From positions 1 to 64,000 of IMG/VR virus record IMGVR_UViG_3300033067_002020: a stretch of DNA of 64,000 nt. One strand, written 5' to 3'. This document shows, in pieces, positions 54,813 through 64,000 of this stretch (position 1 is the first letter of the stretch; each line of letters starts with the position of its first letter). The position numbers and the translations under genes are program-made. The DNA is from a virus (taxonomy: Duplodnaviria > Caudoviricetes). The notes beneath the pieces are model-generated. The model searched no databases and had not been told where the DNA came from. It worked only from the letters and a program-made list of their open reading frames with translations.

Positions 54813-55481
54813 TCAACATCTCCTAATTTCACCGCTTAAACGTACTAAAGAATACTCAATTTGACAAAAACTAATGTCAATTTGTTTGTTTAAAACATGA
54901 TACGTAAAAATTGTCTCTGGTCTGAATTGTGCAACGTTTTTACATAAATCGTCAAATTGATCATAAAGTTCAAAGTAAGATTTCATCACAGAAACATCAC
55001 CAAAAGCAAAATAATCATGTAATGTTCCGTTTGGCGTTTTAACGTTTCCTGGTAAAAACAACACTTTTTCTCTACTTGACAAGATAACATCTTCATGAAA
55101 TAACATGTCAGGTCTGACTGACACAATTACATCATATTTAATTTCACTTTGTTGTGATAACTCAAAACTTTTTTTAGCAGAGTACCACTTACTTTTTACG
55201 TTATGTGGTGGGGTTCTTGCGTATAAAAAACAATCATGATTTTCCAAGTCAAATTGAATTTGTGGTTCAATCATTAATGTTTTGATTTTACATAACGCAT
55301 TTAATGATGCATCGTCTATTGGCGACAAACCGCCAACGTCTTCTTTTCTTGTGGTACCTTTGACGTCCCAAGTATGCATAAAAACATCACAGTCATACTT
55401 GTCAAGTAAGTGTTGACGAATAGACTGTGATGTTTTTTCAAACGTTCTTACGTGTCCAGAAAAGCAAACGGCAACTTTCAT
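54813..55481 (-). CDS. Putative glycosyltransferase (K.A.C.SG..R type)
   Basis: VAVCFSGHVR, DVFMHTW, YDVI...RPD, D.FAFG; glycan-cluster context. Confidence 0.6.
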   Translation of the reverse strand: MKVAVCFSGHVRTFEKTSQSIRQHLLDKYDCDVFMHTWDVKGTTRKEDVGGLSPIDDASLNALCKIKTLMIEPQIQFDLENHDCFLYARTPPHNVKSKWYSAKKSFELSQQSEIKYDVIVSVRPDMLFHEDVILSSREKVLFLPGNVKTPNGTLHDYFAFGDVSVMKSYFELYDQFDDLCKNVAQFRPETIFTYHVLNKQIDISFCQIEYSLVRLSGEIRRC

Positions 55482-55765
55482 AGCAATCTTTTAAATTCTG
55501 TTACAATTTCCAAATCAATTTGACACAAAACACACACATAATCTTTAATTTCAAATCTAGATTCTATTACGTGGTCGCAATAACAACATACTGAATTACA
55601 AGCTTTTGTTTGTAACCATAAATCTCTTAATTCAGTATGTTCATTAAGATCTAGCCAAGGACTCAATGCCCAATAAACAGGAAATTTTTTAACTTCACCT
55701 GTTTGTAAAACAAATTTAAGATATGACCCTTCTATGTATGAACTTACAACTTTCATTTTCTTCAC
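55478..55765 (-). CDS. Hypothetical protein with C..C motifs
   Basis: In-operon ORF, ATGA overlap. Confidence 0.6.
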   Translation of the reverse strand: MKKMKVVSSYIEGSYLKFVLQTGEVKKFPVYWALSPWLDLNEHTELRDLWLQTKACNSVCCYCDHVIESRFEIKDYVCVLCQIDLEIVTEFKRLL

Positions 55766-55792
55766 AACGTATTACGTCAACTACTCGATAGT

Positions 55793-56986
55793 TCACTGAA
55801 CCAATCCCCATGTGGAAATGGCTTCATCATACTCTTTACCATGTTGGCGATCAATAGCTTGTCTCATGGCTCGAGCACCATTGACTGTGCCTCCCGGATG
55901 GCCATGGATCGCTCCCCCACAATTTAGAAGCAGTTCATTACCTAACTTTCCTCTAATATATTCTACAAGGCCTGGGTGCATTCCACAACTAAGCGCTGGC
56001 ATTGTACCATGAGATTGTAAGATCTCGACAGTTTTCTTCAATTCACTTTCATCGTCTGATGAATACCCGCCTAACATTCCATTGTGAATGAAATCGGCAC
56101 CCATCATTCCAGCTAATTTACAAACAACGCTCCAATCAATGTGAAAAGCATGTTTCTTTGAAGTGAAAATCTTGTCACCACTCTTTTGAAAGTGTAAAAA
56201 CAAAGGCAAATCAAGCTTACGGATGCTATTGTAAACACCCAAACCAGACCAGAAATTTACATGAACACCATTAACACCAGCTTCATGAACTTGCTTTACT
56301 CTATCAAGAACGTTATGTGGATCTGCGTTAATACAAACACAATACACAACATTTTGTGTTGAAAGATATTGTGCTAGTTTTGGCAGTCTTTTTTCAAGAG
56401 TACAACATGATGGATTTGCCATAATCTCATCTTCTTTTATGAAATTGACGCCACCGTCGACCAAAGCTTTGACAAGATCTAACAAAATGTCTTCATTCAT
56501 ACAAACTTTTGGTTTGACAATTCCACCAAGAAGAGGCTTGTCATAAACACCAGTGTACTTTCTAATTCCTTGAATCCCAAATTTTGGTCCAAGAAAAGTG
56601 TTCTTAACACTATCTGGAAATTGCACATCTAAAACATGACATTTCACAATACTATCAATGTCAAGCTGACCACCCATGATGTGGCACAAAAATTGTGACA
56701 TACCATCAGACAAAAAATCAATGTTTGACAAAGGAAATGCAATTTTTACAGTTCCAGATTTACGTTGAAGTTTTTTGCTACCACGTTGTTCTAACACAAT
56801 GCAAGAATGCTTGGCGAATAGTTCATCAGACTCCCAAGCATTTCTAACGTTAGGATTTCCAACGCTTTGACCTATTGCTAAATTCCATGCAGCGTTTTCA
56901 AGACTTTTTGTTGACGACAATTTGTACGTCACAACAAAATAATCAGTTGTGTCAAAATCAGGTTGAAATACTTCAAATTGTGTCAT
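55793..56986 (-). CDS. RuBisCO-like protein (form IV RLP)
   Basis: PLLGGIVKPK, GG.NFIKEDE, ADFIH, LS.GMHP, GGAIHGHPGG...GA.AMRQA; several carboxylase residues are substituted. Confidence 0.92.
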   Translation of the reverse strand: MTQFEVFQPDFDTTDYFVVTYKLSSTKSLENAAWNLAIGQSVGNPNVRNAWESDELFAKHSCIVLEQRGSKKLQRKSGTVKIAFPLSNIDFLSDGMSQFLCHIMGGQLDIDSIVKCHVLDVQFPDSVKNTFLGPKFGIQGIRKYTGVYDKPLLGGIVKPKVCMNEDILLDLVKALVDGGVNFIKEDEIMANPSCCTLEKRLPKLAQYLSTQNVVYCVCINADPHNVLDRVKQVHEAGVNGVHVNFWSGLGVYNSIRKLDLPLFLHFQKSGDKIFTSKKHAFHIDWSVVCKLAGMMGADFIHNGMLGGYSSDDESELKKTVEILQSHGTMPALSCGMHPGLVEYIRGKLGNELLLNCGGAIHGHPGGTVNGARAMRQAIDRQHGKEYDEAISTWGLVQ

Positions 56987-57296
56987 ACTTGTCTCCTGGA
57001 ACGCTTGGTGTTTTCACAACAACTAACTCACAATCTTCTAAAAAGATTGGGTCGCCAATCTCACTTGGTTCAACAACAAAAATATCGCCAGAATTTAATT
57101 CTTGACCTTGAAATAACATTTTTCCCTTTACAAGAAAATTTATTTCAGTGGCAATTCGATGTATATGAGGTGCCCAAAATTCACCTTTTTGATGAATCTT
57201 GTAACTCACTTCACATGCTTCTGTGACATGTGCAGAAGGTGAAAAGTTTCCAACGAACCATCCACCTTTCATCTGTTCAAATTTGTAAATCTTCAT
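56973..57296 (-). CDS. Cupin-fold protein
   Basis: GWF.GNF, H.H...TE......G......GDIFV, VVVK.PS.PGDK. Confidence 0.85.
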   Translation of the reverse strand: MKIYKFEQMKGGWFVGNFSPSAHVTEACEVSYKIHQKGEFWAPHIHRIATEINFLVKGKMLFQGQELNSGDIFVVEPSEIGDPIFLEDCELVVVKTPSVPGDKYDTI

Positions 57297-58018
57297 TTTA
57301 TTGTTGATCTCGAAAGATATTTTTGCAAATCTTCTGGCGTTCCAATTGGGTGATGTTGAAAAATTGGGTAAATTTCAACAAGACCACCACGAGAAATTGT
57401 TTCATTGTAGACAGGACAAACATAAAACTCATTGTTTGTACGAATGTTTTTTCTGATCATGTTTGATGCGTCAGAGACAAAATCAGAGCCTTTTCGCCAA
57501 TAGTAAAGACCAGTTGTTGCGCAATTACTGATGACTTCTTTTTCAGCAACACGAGACACTCTGTATTTTAAAGGATCGTTTACATCAATTTCAGCGTAAC
57601 TGTTCTTGACATCATTTGAATGATACGTCACAATAATGCCATCAGCTGTCGATGTAGAAACACAATTCATAAATTGTTGTGGAGTCCAATCCTCAATTTG
57701 ATCACAATTTGCAATCAACAAACTATCATCTTGAATGTAATCTTTTGCTAACAAACAAGTTTCAGCCGCACCACGTGTCAAATGACTTGTTGTAATGACT
57801 TTGCATCCCGGCTTCAGTGACGACAACAACAAAATTAGGCGATGATAATCTGGTGCATCTTCTCTAACAACAAACACGTACTTTCCAATATTACCAAGAT
57901 TATCAAGTACTCTGACAATCATTGGTAGACCGTTGACGTCAATTAGTGGCTTTGAATCTTTATATCCATTTTGAGAAAACCTTGTACCACCACCAGCCAT
58001 CGGAATCAATATATTCAT
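57293..58018 (-). CDS. Sugar-phosphate nucleotidyltransferase (GlmU/RmlA-like)
   Basis: ILIPMAG.G.RF...GY...KPLI.V.G..MI; T.GAA.T; NCDQ; EK; NEFY..P.YN; GTPEDL. Confidence 0.9.
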   Translation of the reverse strand: MNILIPMAGGGTRFSQNGYKDSKPLIDVNGLPMIVRVLDNLGNIGKYVFVVREDAPDYHRLILLLSSLKPGCKVITTSHLTRGAAETCLLAKDYIQDDSLLIANCDQIEDWTPQQFMNCVSTSTADGIIVTYHSNDVKNSYAEIDVNDPLKYRVSRVAEKEVISNCATTGLYYWRKGSDFVSDASNMIRKNIRTNNEFYVCPVYNETISRGGLVEIYPIFQHHPIGTPEDLQKYLSRSTIK

Positions 58019-58827
58019 GTGATGATTTTATTCTTTTGCATGGTCAATGTATTCCAACGATCAGCTTGATATAGCCAAAATTGTGCAAAAGGGTCATCTG
58101 CTGGTTTAACACTAGAACCTTTCATGTGAGTTAAAAATGGTTCATTTTCATAATGAAATTCTTGACCAGTTCCTAACCGCGTTGGCTTTGTAAAATTAAA
58201 ACAAAACCCATCAAGACCGTATGGTCGTAATTTCATAGGAAACTCATAGCCAACATCAAGATAAATTCTTGATCCCTTGGGCCGCCCGTATGATAACGCT
58301 TGTTCTTTTGTTACAATTTCGTGCGCGCCCTTATCAGGATGAGGCATAAATGAAATATTGTGTTTTTTCATCAAATTATGTCTAAACATTGCAACAATCA
58401 ATGCTGGGAAGTTAACATACTTTGGTAAATTACTGTCTTTAAAATAATCTGTGCCACAAATGACAGTCTTATCAGTTAGCTTTGAAACCATGATTTGGTC
58501 CCAATTTTTACGCAACATCATGACATCGCAATCCGCAATCAGACAATAATCAGCATCAACATCATCATATAACGATTGAAGAACAAGCGCATGGCCAACT
58601 GACCCAGGTTCTGTTTCAGTATCCACTGATTTGATTTTTAGTTCTGCATGTTGATTAACAAATTCAACATGTGAATATTCAAATTGTGGAAAATTGTTTA
58701 ATCCAAGTGAAAATGTTAAATCATATTCACCAGAACAAGTTTCCAACGCAGATTTCATATACTTTGCAACAAACTTGTCAGAATTTTGTCCACATGGAAT
58801 AATGACTTCAATTTTTTCTTTATTCAT
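58015..58827 (-). CDS. GT-A fold (GT2-like) glycosyltransferase (start 58827)
   Basis: VIIP, DY.LI.DCD (DxD); ATGA overlap. Confidence 0.75.
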   Translation of the reverse strand: MNKEKIEVIIPCGQNSDKFVAKYMKSALETCSGEYDLTFSLGLNNFPQFEYSHVEFVNQHAELKIKSVDTETEPGSVGHALVLQSLYDDVDADYCLIADCDVMMLRKNWDQIMVSKLTDKTVICGTDYFKDSNLPKYVNFPALIVAMFRHNLMKKHNISFMPHPDKGAHEIVTKEQALSYGRPKGSRIYLDVGYEFPMKLRPYGLDGFCFNFTKPTRLGTGQEFHYENEPFLTHMKGSSVKPADDPFAQFWLYQADRWNTLTMQKNKIIT

Positions 58828-59363
58828 TCGCAAATCCAATTAGTTTTCAACATGTACATACAAATTTCATCATGATATTCGTTATCACGAAATAATGATT
58901 GAACGTGTCTACCTTCTTCAAGAAATCCTAGTTTCTTATAGACTTTTTTTGCAATATCGTTATAATCTGCAGTTGTTAGACTTACTCGATGTAAACTTAG
59001 TCCTGGGTATGTTTTATCAAAACAATAATCAAGCATCAACTTCCACATCGTTATGGCATGTCCCTTACCACGATGTTGAGGATGTATGTCAGCACCTAAA
59101 ATGCAATTATTGTTATTCTTGTCAATGTTGTAAAACTTACAGAATCCAACATTTTCATCATTGACACAAAAAATGAGTCTTTTTTCAGTTTGTGAATTGT
59201 TTATTCTATTCCACCAATTCATATGACTTTTAAAATCAATTGGTGTTGGATCTGTTATATTGCGTAATGTTGTTTGATCATTATGCAATTCAACTAACCA
59301 CTGATGATCATCATCTGACACATATCTTAAACAAGCGTTATCGTATTTTCTTACACATGTCAT
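58824..59363 (-). CDS. GNAT N-acetyltransferase (PseH/RimJ-like)
   Basis: H..W, VG...FY.I, GADIHP..RGKG, Y.KLGF..EG. Confidence 0.88.
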   Translation of the reverse strand: MTCVRKYDNACLRYVSDDDHQWLVELHNDQTTLRNITDPTPIDFKSHMNWWNRINNSQTEKRLIFCVNDENVGFCKFYNIDKNNNNCILGADIHPQHRGKGHAITMWKLMLDYCFDKTYPGLSLHRVSLTTADYNDIAKKVYKKLGFLEEGRHVQSLFRDNEYHDEICMYMLKTNWICE

Positions 59364-60490
59364 CTACATAACTCAATAACTCTACGAGCAATGTGTTCAA
59401 TATCTTTTGATTTAAGCCACCAACCAACAGGTAAACACAATTGTTGTTTAGAAAATTGTCTCACTCCTGGTAAGTCTGCTTTGAATTTATTAAAACAGGT
59501 ATATGTGTCATTTGGAACGTGAACAACACCTGCTTTAATTCCTTCTGAATTAAGTTTTTGCAATAATTGATCACGTGTTATAGGTGAATTATCAGAAAGC
59601 GTAATTCCGTACACCCAATGACTTGACAATGCTTTTGGGTGTCTGATCAGTGGATTTACATTACGTAACATTGCATCATAGATTGTTGCATTTTGTCTAT
59701 GAGCGTCAATGATCCCATCAATTCGCCACAAGTTTGCAAGCCCAATTGCAGCTGAAACATTATTCATGTTATGTTTCCAACCTGCTTCAAGAATGTCAAC
59801 GTCCCACTGTTGACCTTTCCAGTTTCCAACTTCATCTTTTGATTTGTCTCTATCAAGACCAAACCATTTTAGCGCTTTTGCACGCTCAAAGGTTTCGTTA
59901 TCAGAACAAACAAGTGCGCCCCCATCGCCCGTCGTAAAATGCTTGATGGCTTGAAAGCTATAACAAGTGAAGTCTACAAATTCTGACACAGGTTTGCCCT
60001 CAAATAGGGCTCCAAAGGCATGTGCTGCATCGAGGATTAGTTTTATAGAATGCTTCTTGCAAATATTCTGGACGCTGATTAGGTCAGGTGGTGTACCGCC
60101 CCAAGCAACAACAACAACTGCTTTTGTTTTTGGTGTTATTTTTGCCTCAATCATCTCTGGTTCTGGCATTCCACTGTGAGGATTAATGTCAGTCCAGACA
60201 ATGTTCGCACCTAAGTTAACAATTGGCGTGTTCGTTGCAACACAAGTCATCGGCGTAGAAACAACATCATCACCAAATCCGACGCCAGAAAGTTGTAATG
60301 CCAACGTCAGTGCAGATGTACAACTATTTGTTAATAACAATTGTTTTGAACCAAGTTTTACTTGCAACGCCTGGGTCAATTCAGTGACTTGAACACCTTC
60401 ATTTATAAATCCTGAATTAAAAACATTTTCAATTTCTTTAAGGGCATGCAAGTTACTGACACCAACACGAAATAATGAATACTCTTTCAT
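59360..60490 (-). CDS. DegT/DnrJ/EryC1/StrS sugar aminotransferase (PseC-like)
   Basis: TNSCTSAL, T.VAT, DAAHA.G, SFQAIKHFTTGDGG, LCLP. Confidence 0.93.
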   Translation of the reverse strand: MKEYSLFRVGVSNLHALKEIENVFNSGFINEGVQVTELTQALQVKLGSKQLLLTNSCTSALTLALQLSGVGFGDDVVSTPMTCVATNTPIVNLGANIVWTDINPHSGMPEPEMIEAKITPKTKAVVVVAWGGTPPDLISVQNICKKHSIKLILDAAHAFGALFEGKPVSEFVDFTCYSFQAIKHFTTGDGGALVCSDNETFERAKALKWFGLDRDKSKDEVGNWKGQQWDVDILEAGWKHNMNNVSAAIGLANLWRIDGIIDAHRQNATIYDAMLRNVNPLIRHPKALSSHWVYGITLSDNSPITRDQLLQKLNSEGIKAGVVHVPNDTYTCFNKFKADLPGVRQFSKQQLCLPVGWWLKSKDIEHIARRVIELCR

Positions 60491-61536
60491 GTTGTTGAAA
60501 TTTCCTCAATTTTTTGACCTGAAAATTGATCAAGTTTCATGTCAAACACGTTCAATTTGATTAGGTGTTTTTTAAGTTCTTCTTTTGTTAGAACTTTCAT
60601 CGAACTGTCATAAGATTGAACTTCACGAGAACAAGTTGTTGAAAACACTGGTTCGATTACGTAATTTTTAGCTTTTGAACTCTTGTAATCACAAATTTTT
60701 CTTGTTCTTGTTGCTTCGGATGTGTTGATTAAATCTTCATGTAATTTTTCACCAGGGCGTGAGCCAACAATTCTAATTTTCTTTCCTGATATTTCAGAAA
60801 ACAATTCAGCTAAATCACCAATTTTCATTGCTGGTATGACTGGAATCCACGTTTCCCCAGATGCACCATTTACGATGGTTTTGCATATTAGATCAACGCT
60901 ATCATCAAGCGTCATTACAAATCTTGTCATTTCAGGATTCGTAACTGTCAAGCAATCATTTTTTTCTGATTGATACTTGAATAGTGGAATTATACTTCCT
61001 CGCGACTCAAGCACATTTCCATATCGAGTACACACAAATGCAACATTATCTTTACGCTCAGTCGATGCTTGACTAGTTATCAACCGTTCAGATATTGCTT
61101 TGCACATTCCATATGTGTTTATTGGAGATGATGCCTTGTCTGTGCTAACGTATAAAACTGTTTCAAGTCTCTTTGAATGAACGTCATTAATTGCATTTAT
61201 GACATTTTGCGTGCCGTGAACATTTGTTTGAATACTTTCCCAAGGCGAAAGTTCACATGTATCAACTTGTTTAAGGGCTGCAGCAAGAATGATAATGTTT
61301 GGTTTGACTTGTCGTATTACGTCTTTGACTCTATTGTAGTCTCTAACATCTCCAACGTAAAATTTGGGTTGTTCAATAGAATATCCTTTGATTGACAGAT
61401 CGTTTTTAAGAGTCCACTGTTTTAATTCATCACGTGAATATACACTAATTGAATTGTTATCTGACAATCTATCAATTAGCTTTTTACCAAGTGAACCTGT
61501 GCCACCAAATATCAAAATTGACTTGCCTTTGATCAT
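60487..61536 (-). CDS. UDP-GlcNAc 4,6-dehydratase (PseB/FlaA1/CapD-like)
   Basis: GGTGSLG, SRDELKQ, GDVRD, AAALKQV, STDKA..P.N.YG..K, RYGNV..SRGS, MTRF, RPGEKLHE. Confidence 0.95.
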   Translation of the reverse strand: MIKGKSILIFGGTGSLGKKLIDRLSDNNSISVYSRDELKQWTLKNDLSIKGYSIEQPKFYVGDVRDYNRVKDVIRQVKPNIIILAAALKQVDTCELSPWESIQTNVHGTQNVINAINDVHSKRLETVLYVSTDKASSPINTYGMCKAISERLITSQASTERKDNVAFVCTRYGNVLESRGSIIPLFKYQSEKNDCLTVTNPEMTRFVMTLDDSVDLICKTIVNGASGETWIPVIPAMKIGDLAELFSEISGKKIRIVGSRPGEKLHEDLINTSEATRTRKICDYKSSKAKNYVIEPVFSTTCSREVQSYDSSMKVLTKEELKKHLIKLNVFDMKLDQFSGQKIEEISTT

Positions 61537-62378
61537 TTTGTTCCTTGAAAAATTTGAATCAAATCGTCTTTGACGTCAACTATGAAATCACTGCGAGTTT
61601 CTCTATAACCGATAGAATTTCCATTCTGGACATAACTTCCCATCAAAACAGATTCTGGGGTGTTACCTAACTTTGAATGGAAAATTCCACCGTCTAAAAT
61701 CGCAGATTGTTTATGATATTCATGATATAATCTTTGAAAAGTCATCTCATTAAATGACTCTAATTTTGCAAGTTTTTCAAAAATTTCATACATCACTTCA
61801 AGACGACTTACAGTTGGTATTTTAGCTAAAAAATTGGTTTTGTATATTTTTGCCTTTTCATCAGCAATATCAAACCAAACTCGCTCTCTTGTCAAAAAAT
61901 TATTCTGTACACACCATGCATATTGTCTTGAATCGACACAAGGTCGTTGTTTATCGTATAGATGACGCTGATTTACGAAAAATTCTTCAACTCTAACAAA
62001 TCCAACTTTTCCATTTTCATCTAGAAAATGTTCAACATCTTCTAGACGTTTAAAAGCATCATCTGTATGAATCAAATCTGATTCAATCACATAAAGATAT
62101 TTGTATTGTCTTCCTAAAATTGTTTGGTAGTTACGTAACACCCATCGAATCGCACTCCAAAATCCAACGTTGTGTTTGCTTTTTACCACATTTAAAAAAT
62201 TACTTGTTAGTATCGTATCAGACTCTGCGATCGTTGATGCATTGTCAAATACGATCATGTGATGTAAAAAATCTTGATCTTCAAATGATTTCAGATTTTG
62301 CACAACTTGTTCAAGAACATTAAATCTTGTTTTTTCTAACGAACAAGTAACTAACAGATACAGAATATCGTTTGTCAT
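61533..62378 (-). CDS. Putative GT-A glycosyltransferase
   Basis: VFDNAS, N.G...A, YLYVIESD; ATGA overlaps. Confidence 0.65.
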   Translation of the reverse strand: MTNDILYLLVTCSLEKTRFNVLEQVVQNLKSFEDQDFLHHMIVFDNASTIAESDTILTSNFLNVVKSKHNVGFWSAIRWVLRNYQTILGRQYKYLYVIESDLIHTDDAFKRLEDVEHFLDENGKVGFVRVEEFFVNQRHLYDKQRPCVDSRQYAWCVQNNFLTRERVWFDIADEKAKIYKTNFLAKIPTVSRLEVMYEIFEKLAKLESFNEMTFQRLYHEYHKQSAILDGGIFHSKLGNTPESVLMGSYVQNGNSIGYRETRSDFIVDVKDDLIQIFQGTK

Positions 62379-63481
62379 GCTAACCTGTCAAGAAAATCTG
62401 ACCAATTTTTCCAATATTGTTCATTGAAAATACGACGTTTCATCTCTAACATGCCATGACGTAAACTTTCAGCAAACTCATGATCATTTTCAATTTTAAG
62501 AACTGCAGTGACAGCATCTTGAGGAGTGTTCACTAACACACAATTGAATCCATCAATCAAGTATTTTTGTGAACATGATTGTTGTACGTATGATTCAGTT
62601 GTAATCATAGGCGTTCCAGTATTCAATGCATGGAAAAAACACCCGCCGCCCCAATCTGTTTGTTTAAAATGAACTATTGCTTTCAACGTTGATATGAATG
62701 CTAGACAGTCTTTTGGAGATAAAGTTGGAAAGTTTCCTGTCGGCCCATTTTTATGATACCTGATATCAGCACCCATCGAACGAATGTTTCCACCGTAATT
62801 TGTGACCGACATTGAATGTTCATTTAACAAATGATTCATTTCAACGAAAAGTCTGTAATCCCTTGGTTGTCTGATTTCAAAGTTATGATTAAACGAAGCA
62901 AAACCGTGTCTACGTTGTTGTGGCGTTACGCCTAACAAATTCAATTCAATTTCATGACACATAATTGTGCATGAATTACTTGATGTTTTAGCGTTTTCAT
63001 AGCTTGCAGGAATAATCTTTGCAATGTTTGGTGCCATGACACCACCTGGAGAGATATCCCATGCATTAAGTGTTGATGAAACCCATTTAGCTGAAGGAAA
63101 GTGCTCTCTGGTTATCTGAACATACTTTGAAAGGTATCTTTCACCACCTCGAAGGGTGTGATAAATGTCGATATCATATTTTTGTTGTGTCAAATCAACT
63201 ATATCACATATCAAATCAGTGTTAGACTCGACTGTTTGTTGAGTCAAAAAATAATCTTCACCAAACAAATCATCTTGTGTTCTATCAAATCCATGAATGT
63301 CAAAGTTTTTTTTGCCATCTGAATTTCGACACAACAACATTGGCCACGTAGCAATTTTCGACCATTCAAGACCTAAAGTGCCGTGTTTTGGTAAAAACAC
63401 GTTATGACCCAACAATCTATAGTGATAGATGATTGAAAGTTGTCCAGACCTATCATCTGTTGGGAAAATAAACACGTTCAT
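62375..63481 (-). CDS. Putative GT-B glycosyltransferase
   Basis: C-terminal K..D.GG....AL..GTP.I...Y...L.DG.N; ATGA overlaps. Confidence 0.65.
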   Translation of the reverse strand: MNVFIFPTDDRSGQLSIIYHYRLLGHNVFLPKHGTLGLEWSKIATWPMLLCRNSDGKKNFDIHGFDRTQDDLFGEDYFLTQQTVESNTDLICDIVDLTQQKYDIDIYHTLRGGERYLSKYVQITREHFPSAKWVSSTLNAWDISPGGVMAPNIAKIIPASYENAKTSSNSCTIMCHEIELNLLGVTPQQRRHGFASFNHNFEIRQPRDYRLFVEMNHLLNEHSMSVTNYGGNIRSMGADIRYHKNGPTGNFPTLSPKDCLAFISTLKAIVHFKQTDWGGGCFFHALNTGTPMITTESYVQQSCSQKYLIDGFNCVLVNTPQDAVTAVLKIENDHEFAESLRHGMLEMKRRIFNEQYWKNWSDFLDRLA

Positions 63482-63936
63482 CGTGAAGACTCAAGATAAT
63501 CGCTACAATAGCCAGAACACCTGTTTTCAAATAACTTATACGAATCTTTTTCAAGTTTGACAATGACTGATTTTTGTGTGACAGGTTTTCCTGGATAAGT
63601 CCAGATGTATCCTTTTGATGTTAGCGTATGATCGTCATTTTCATGCCAAAAACAATGAATGTTATTTTCAAGCAAAAATTGCAATGCTTGATGATTTTTT
63701 GCATGAACCCAAATTTTGTCATTTTTCAAAAAATCAACATCAATTTTATATGTCGGTGTGTCATGTCCGAGATACAAACCATTGTAAGGCTCATATTGCT
63801 GTGAATCGTCAATCCAGACATCAACTTCAATATCAAATCCAGCTTGCAAAGCTTCTAACAAATAGTCAGGATGATTTTCCCACTTTGTCTTTCCACACAT
63901 ATTTCCACGATGAGCAATCAAATGAAATTCAGACAT
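63478..63936 (-). CDS. PLC/GDPD-like phosphodiesterase
   Basis: LIAHRG, EN.P.Y...AL..GFDIEVDVW, LGHD, HAKN, WHE.D..TLTS.G.IW.YPG. Confidence 0.85.
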   Translation of the reverse strand: MSEFHLIAHRGNMCGKTKWENHPDYLLEALQAGFDIEVDVWIDDSQQYEPYNGLYLGHDTPTYKIDVDFLKNDKIWVHAKNHQALQFLLENNIHCFWHENDDHTLTSKGYIWTYPGKPVTQKSVIVKLEKDSYKLFENRCSGYCSDYLESSR

Positions 63937-64000
63937 TTAAACTCCTCACATACTCTCTAACAGGATCATCAATTTTACGTTGAATACGTTTCACACCAAA
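63929..64000 (-). CDS. 3' end of a gene that continues beyond the window
   Basis: Open frame FGVKRIQRKIDDPVREYVRSLNV* overlaps the phosphodiesterase start. Confidence 0.5.
   Translation of the reverse strand, partial: FGVKRIQRKIDDPVREYVRSLNV

Noticed and set aside
55793-56986. True CO2-fixing RuBisCO
   Set aside because: By-eye alignment shows loss of the E60, N123, H294/R295 and K334 equivalents; no small subunit or phosphoribulokinase; context is glycan synthesis.
29545-63983. Numerous short plus-strand ORFs (e.g. 46632-47081, 63615-63983)
   Set aside because: They lie opposite well-supported minus-strand genes and show no motifs.
45103-64000. Eukaryotic giant virus or host-chromosome origin of the glycan cluster
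   Set aside because: Continuous and co-oriented with T4-like baseplate and sigma genes, with bacterial-style coupling and similar composition. Read-level confirmation is still advisable.

Overview
This window looks like part of a large T4-related contractile-tailed (jumbo) bacteriophage genome in the standard genetic code; no tRNA, rRNA or CRISPR array was seen. It has four parts. (1) 1-5280, + strand and GC-richer: small early-type genes driven by a repeated promoter, nnGTG(A/T/G)-N19-TAnnnT. Many of these genes are leaderless, some promoters sit inside inverted repeats, and there are three copies of a secreted Cys-hairpin gene, two candidate structured RNAs and a palindrome/C-tract control locus. 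(2) 5283-23759, mostly + strand: about 30 divergent small beta-barrel (SH3/KOW-like) paralogues interspersed with two RNA ligases, peptidyl-tRNA hydrolase, a kinase-like protein, a PRTase, protease-inhibitor-like proteins, an SGNH esterase, a lysozyme-like protein and DNA ligase. (3) 23769-44820, - strand: tail fibre, baseplate (gp6-, gp25-, gp5-like) and a gp55-like late sigma factor. (4) 45103-64000, - strand: a large glycosylation/modification region with GT4s (one with a LAGLIDADG intein), a homing endonuclease, carbamoyltransferase, Cas4-like nuclease, EamA transporter, MT-A70 methylase, PseB/C/H-like enzymes, and a phosphodiesterase/nucleotidyltransferase/cupin/RuBisCO-like protein set. 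All assignments come from motifs read by eye; no database searches were run.
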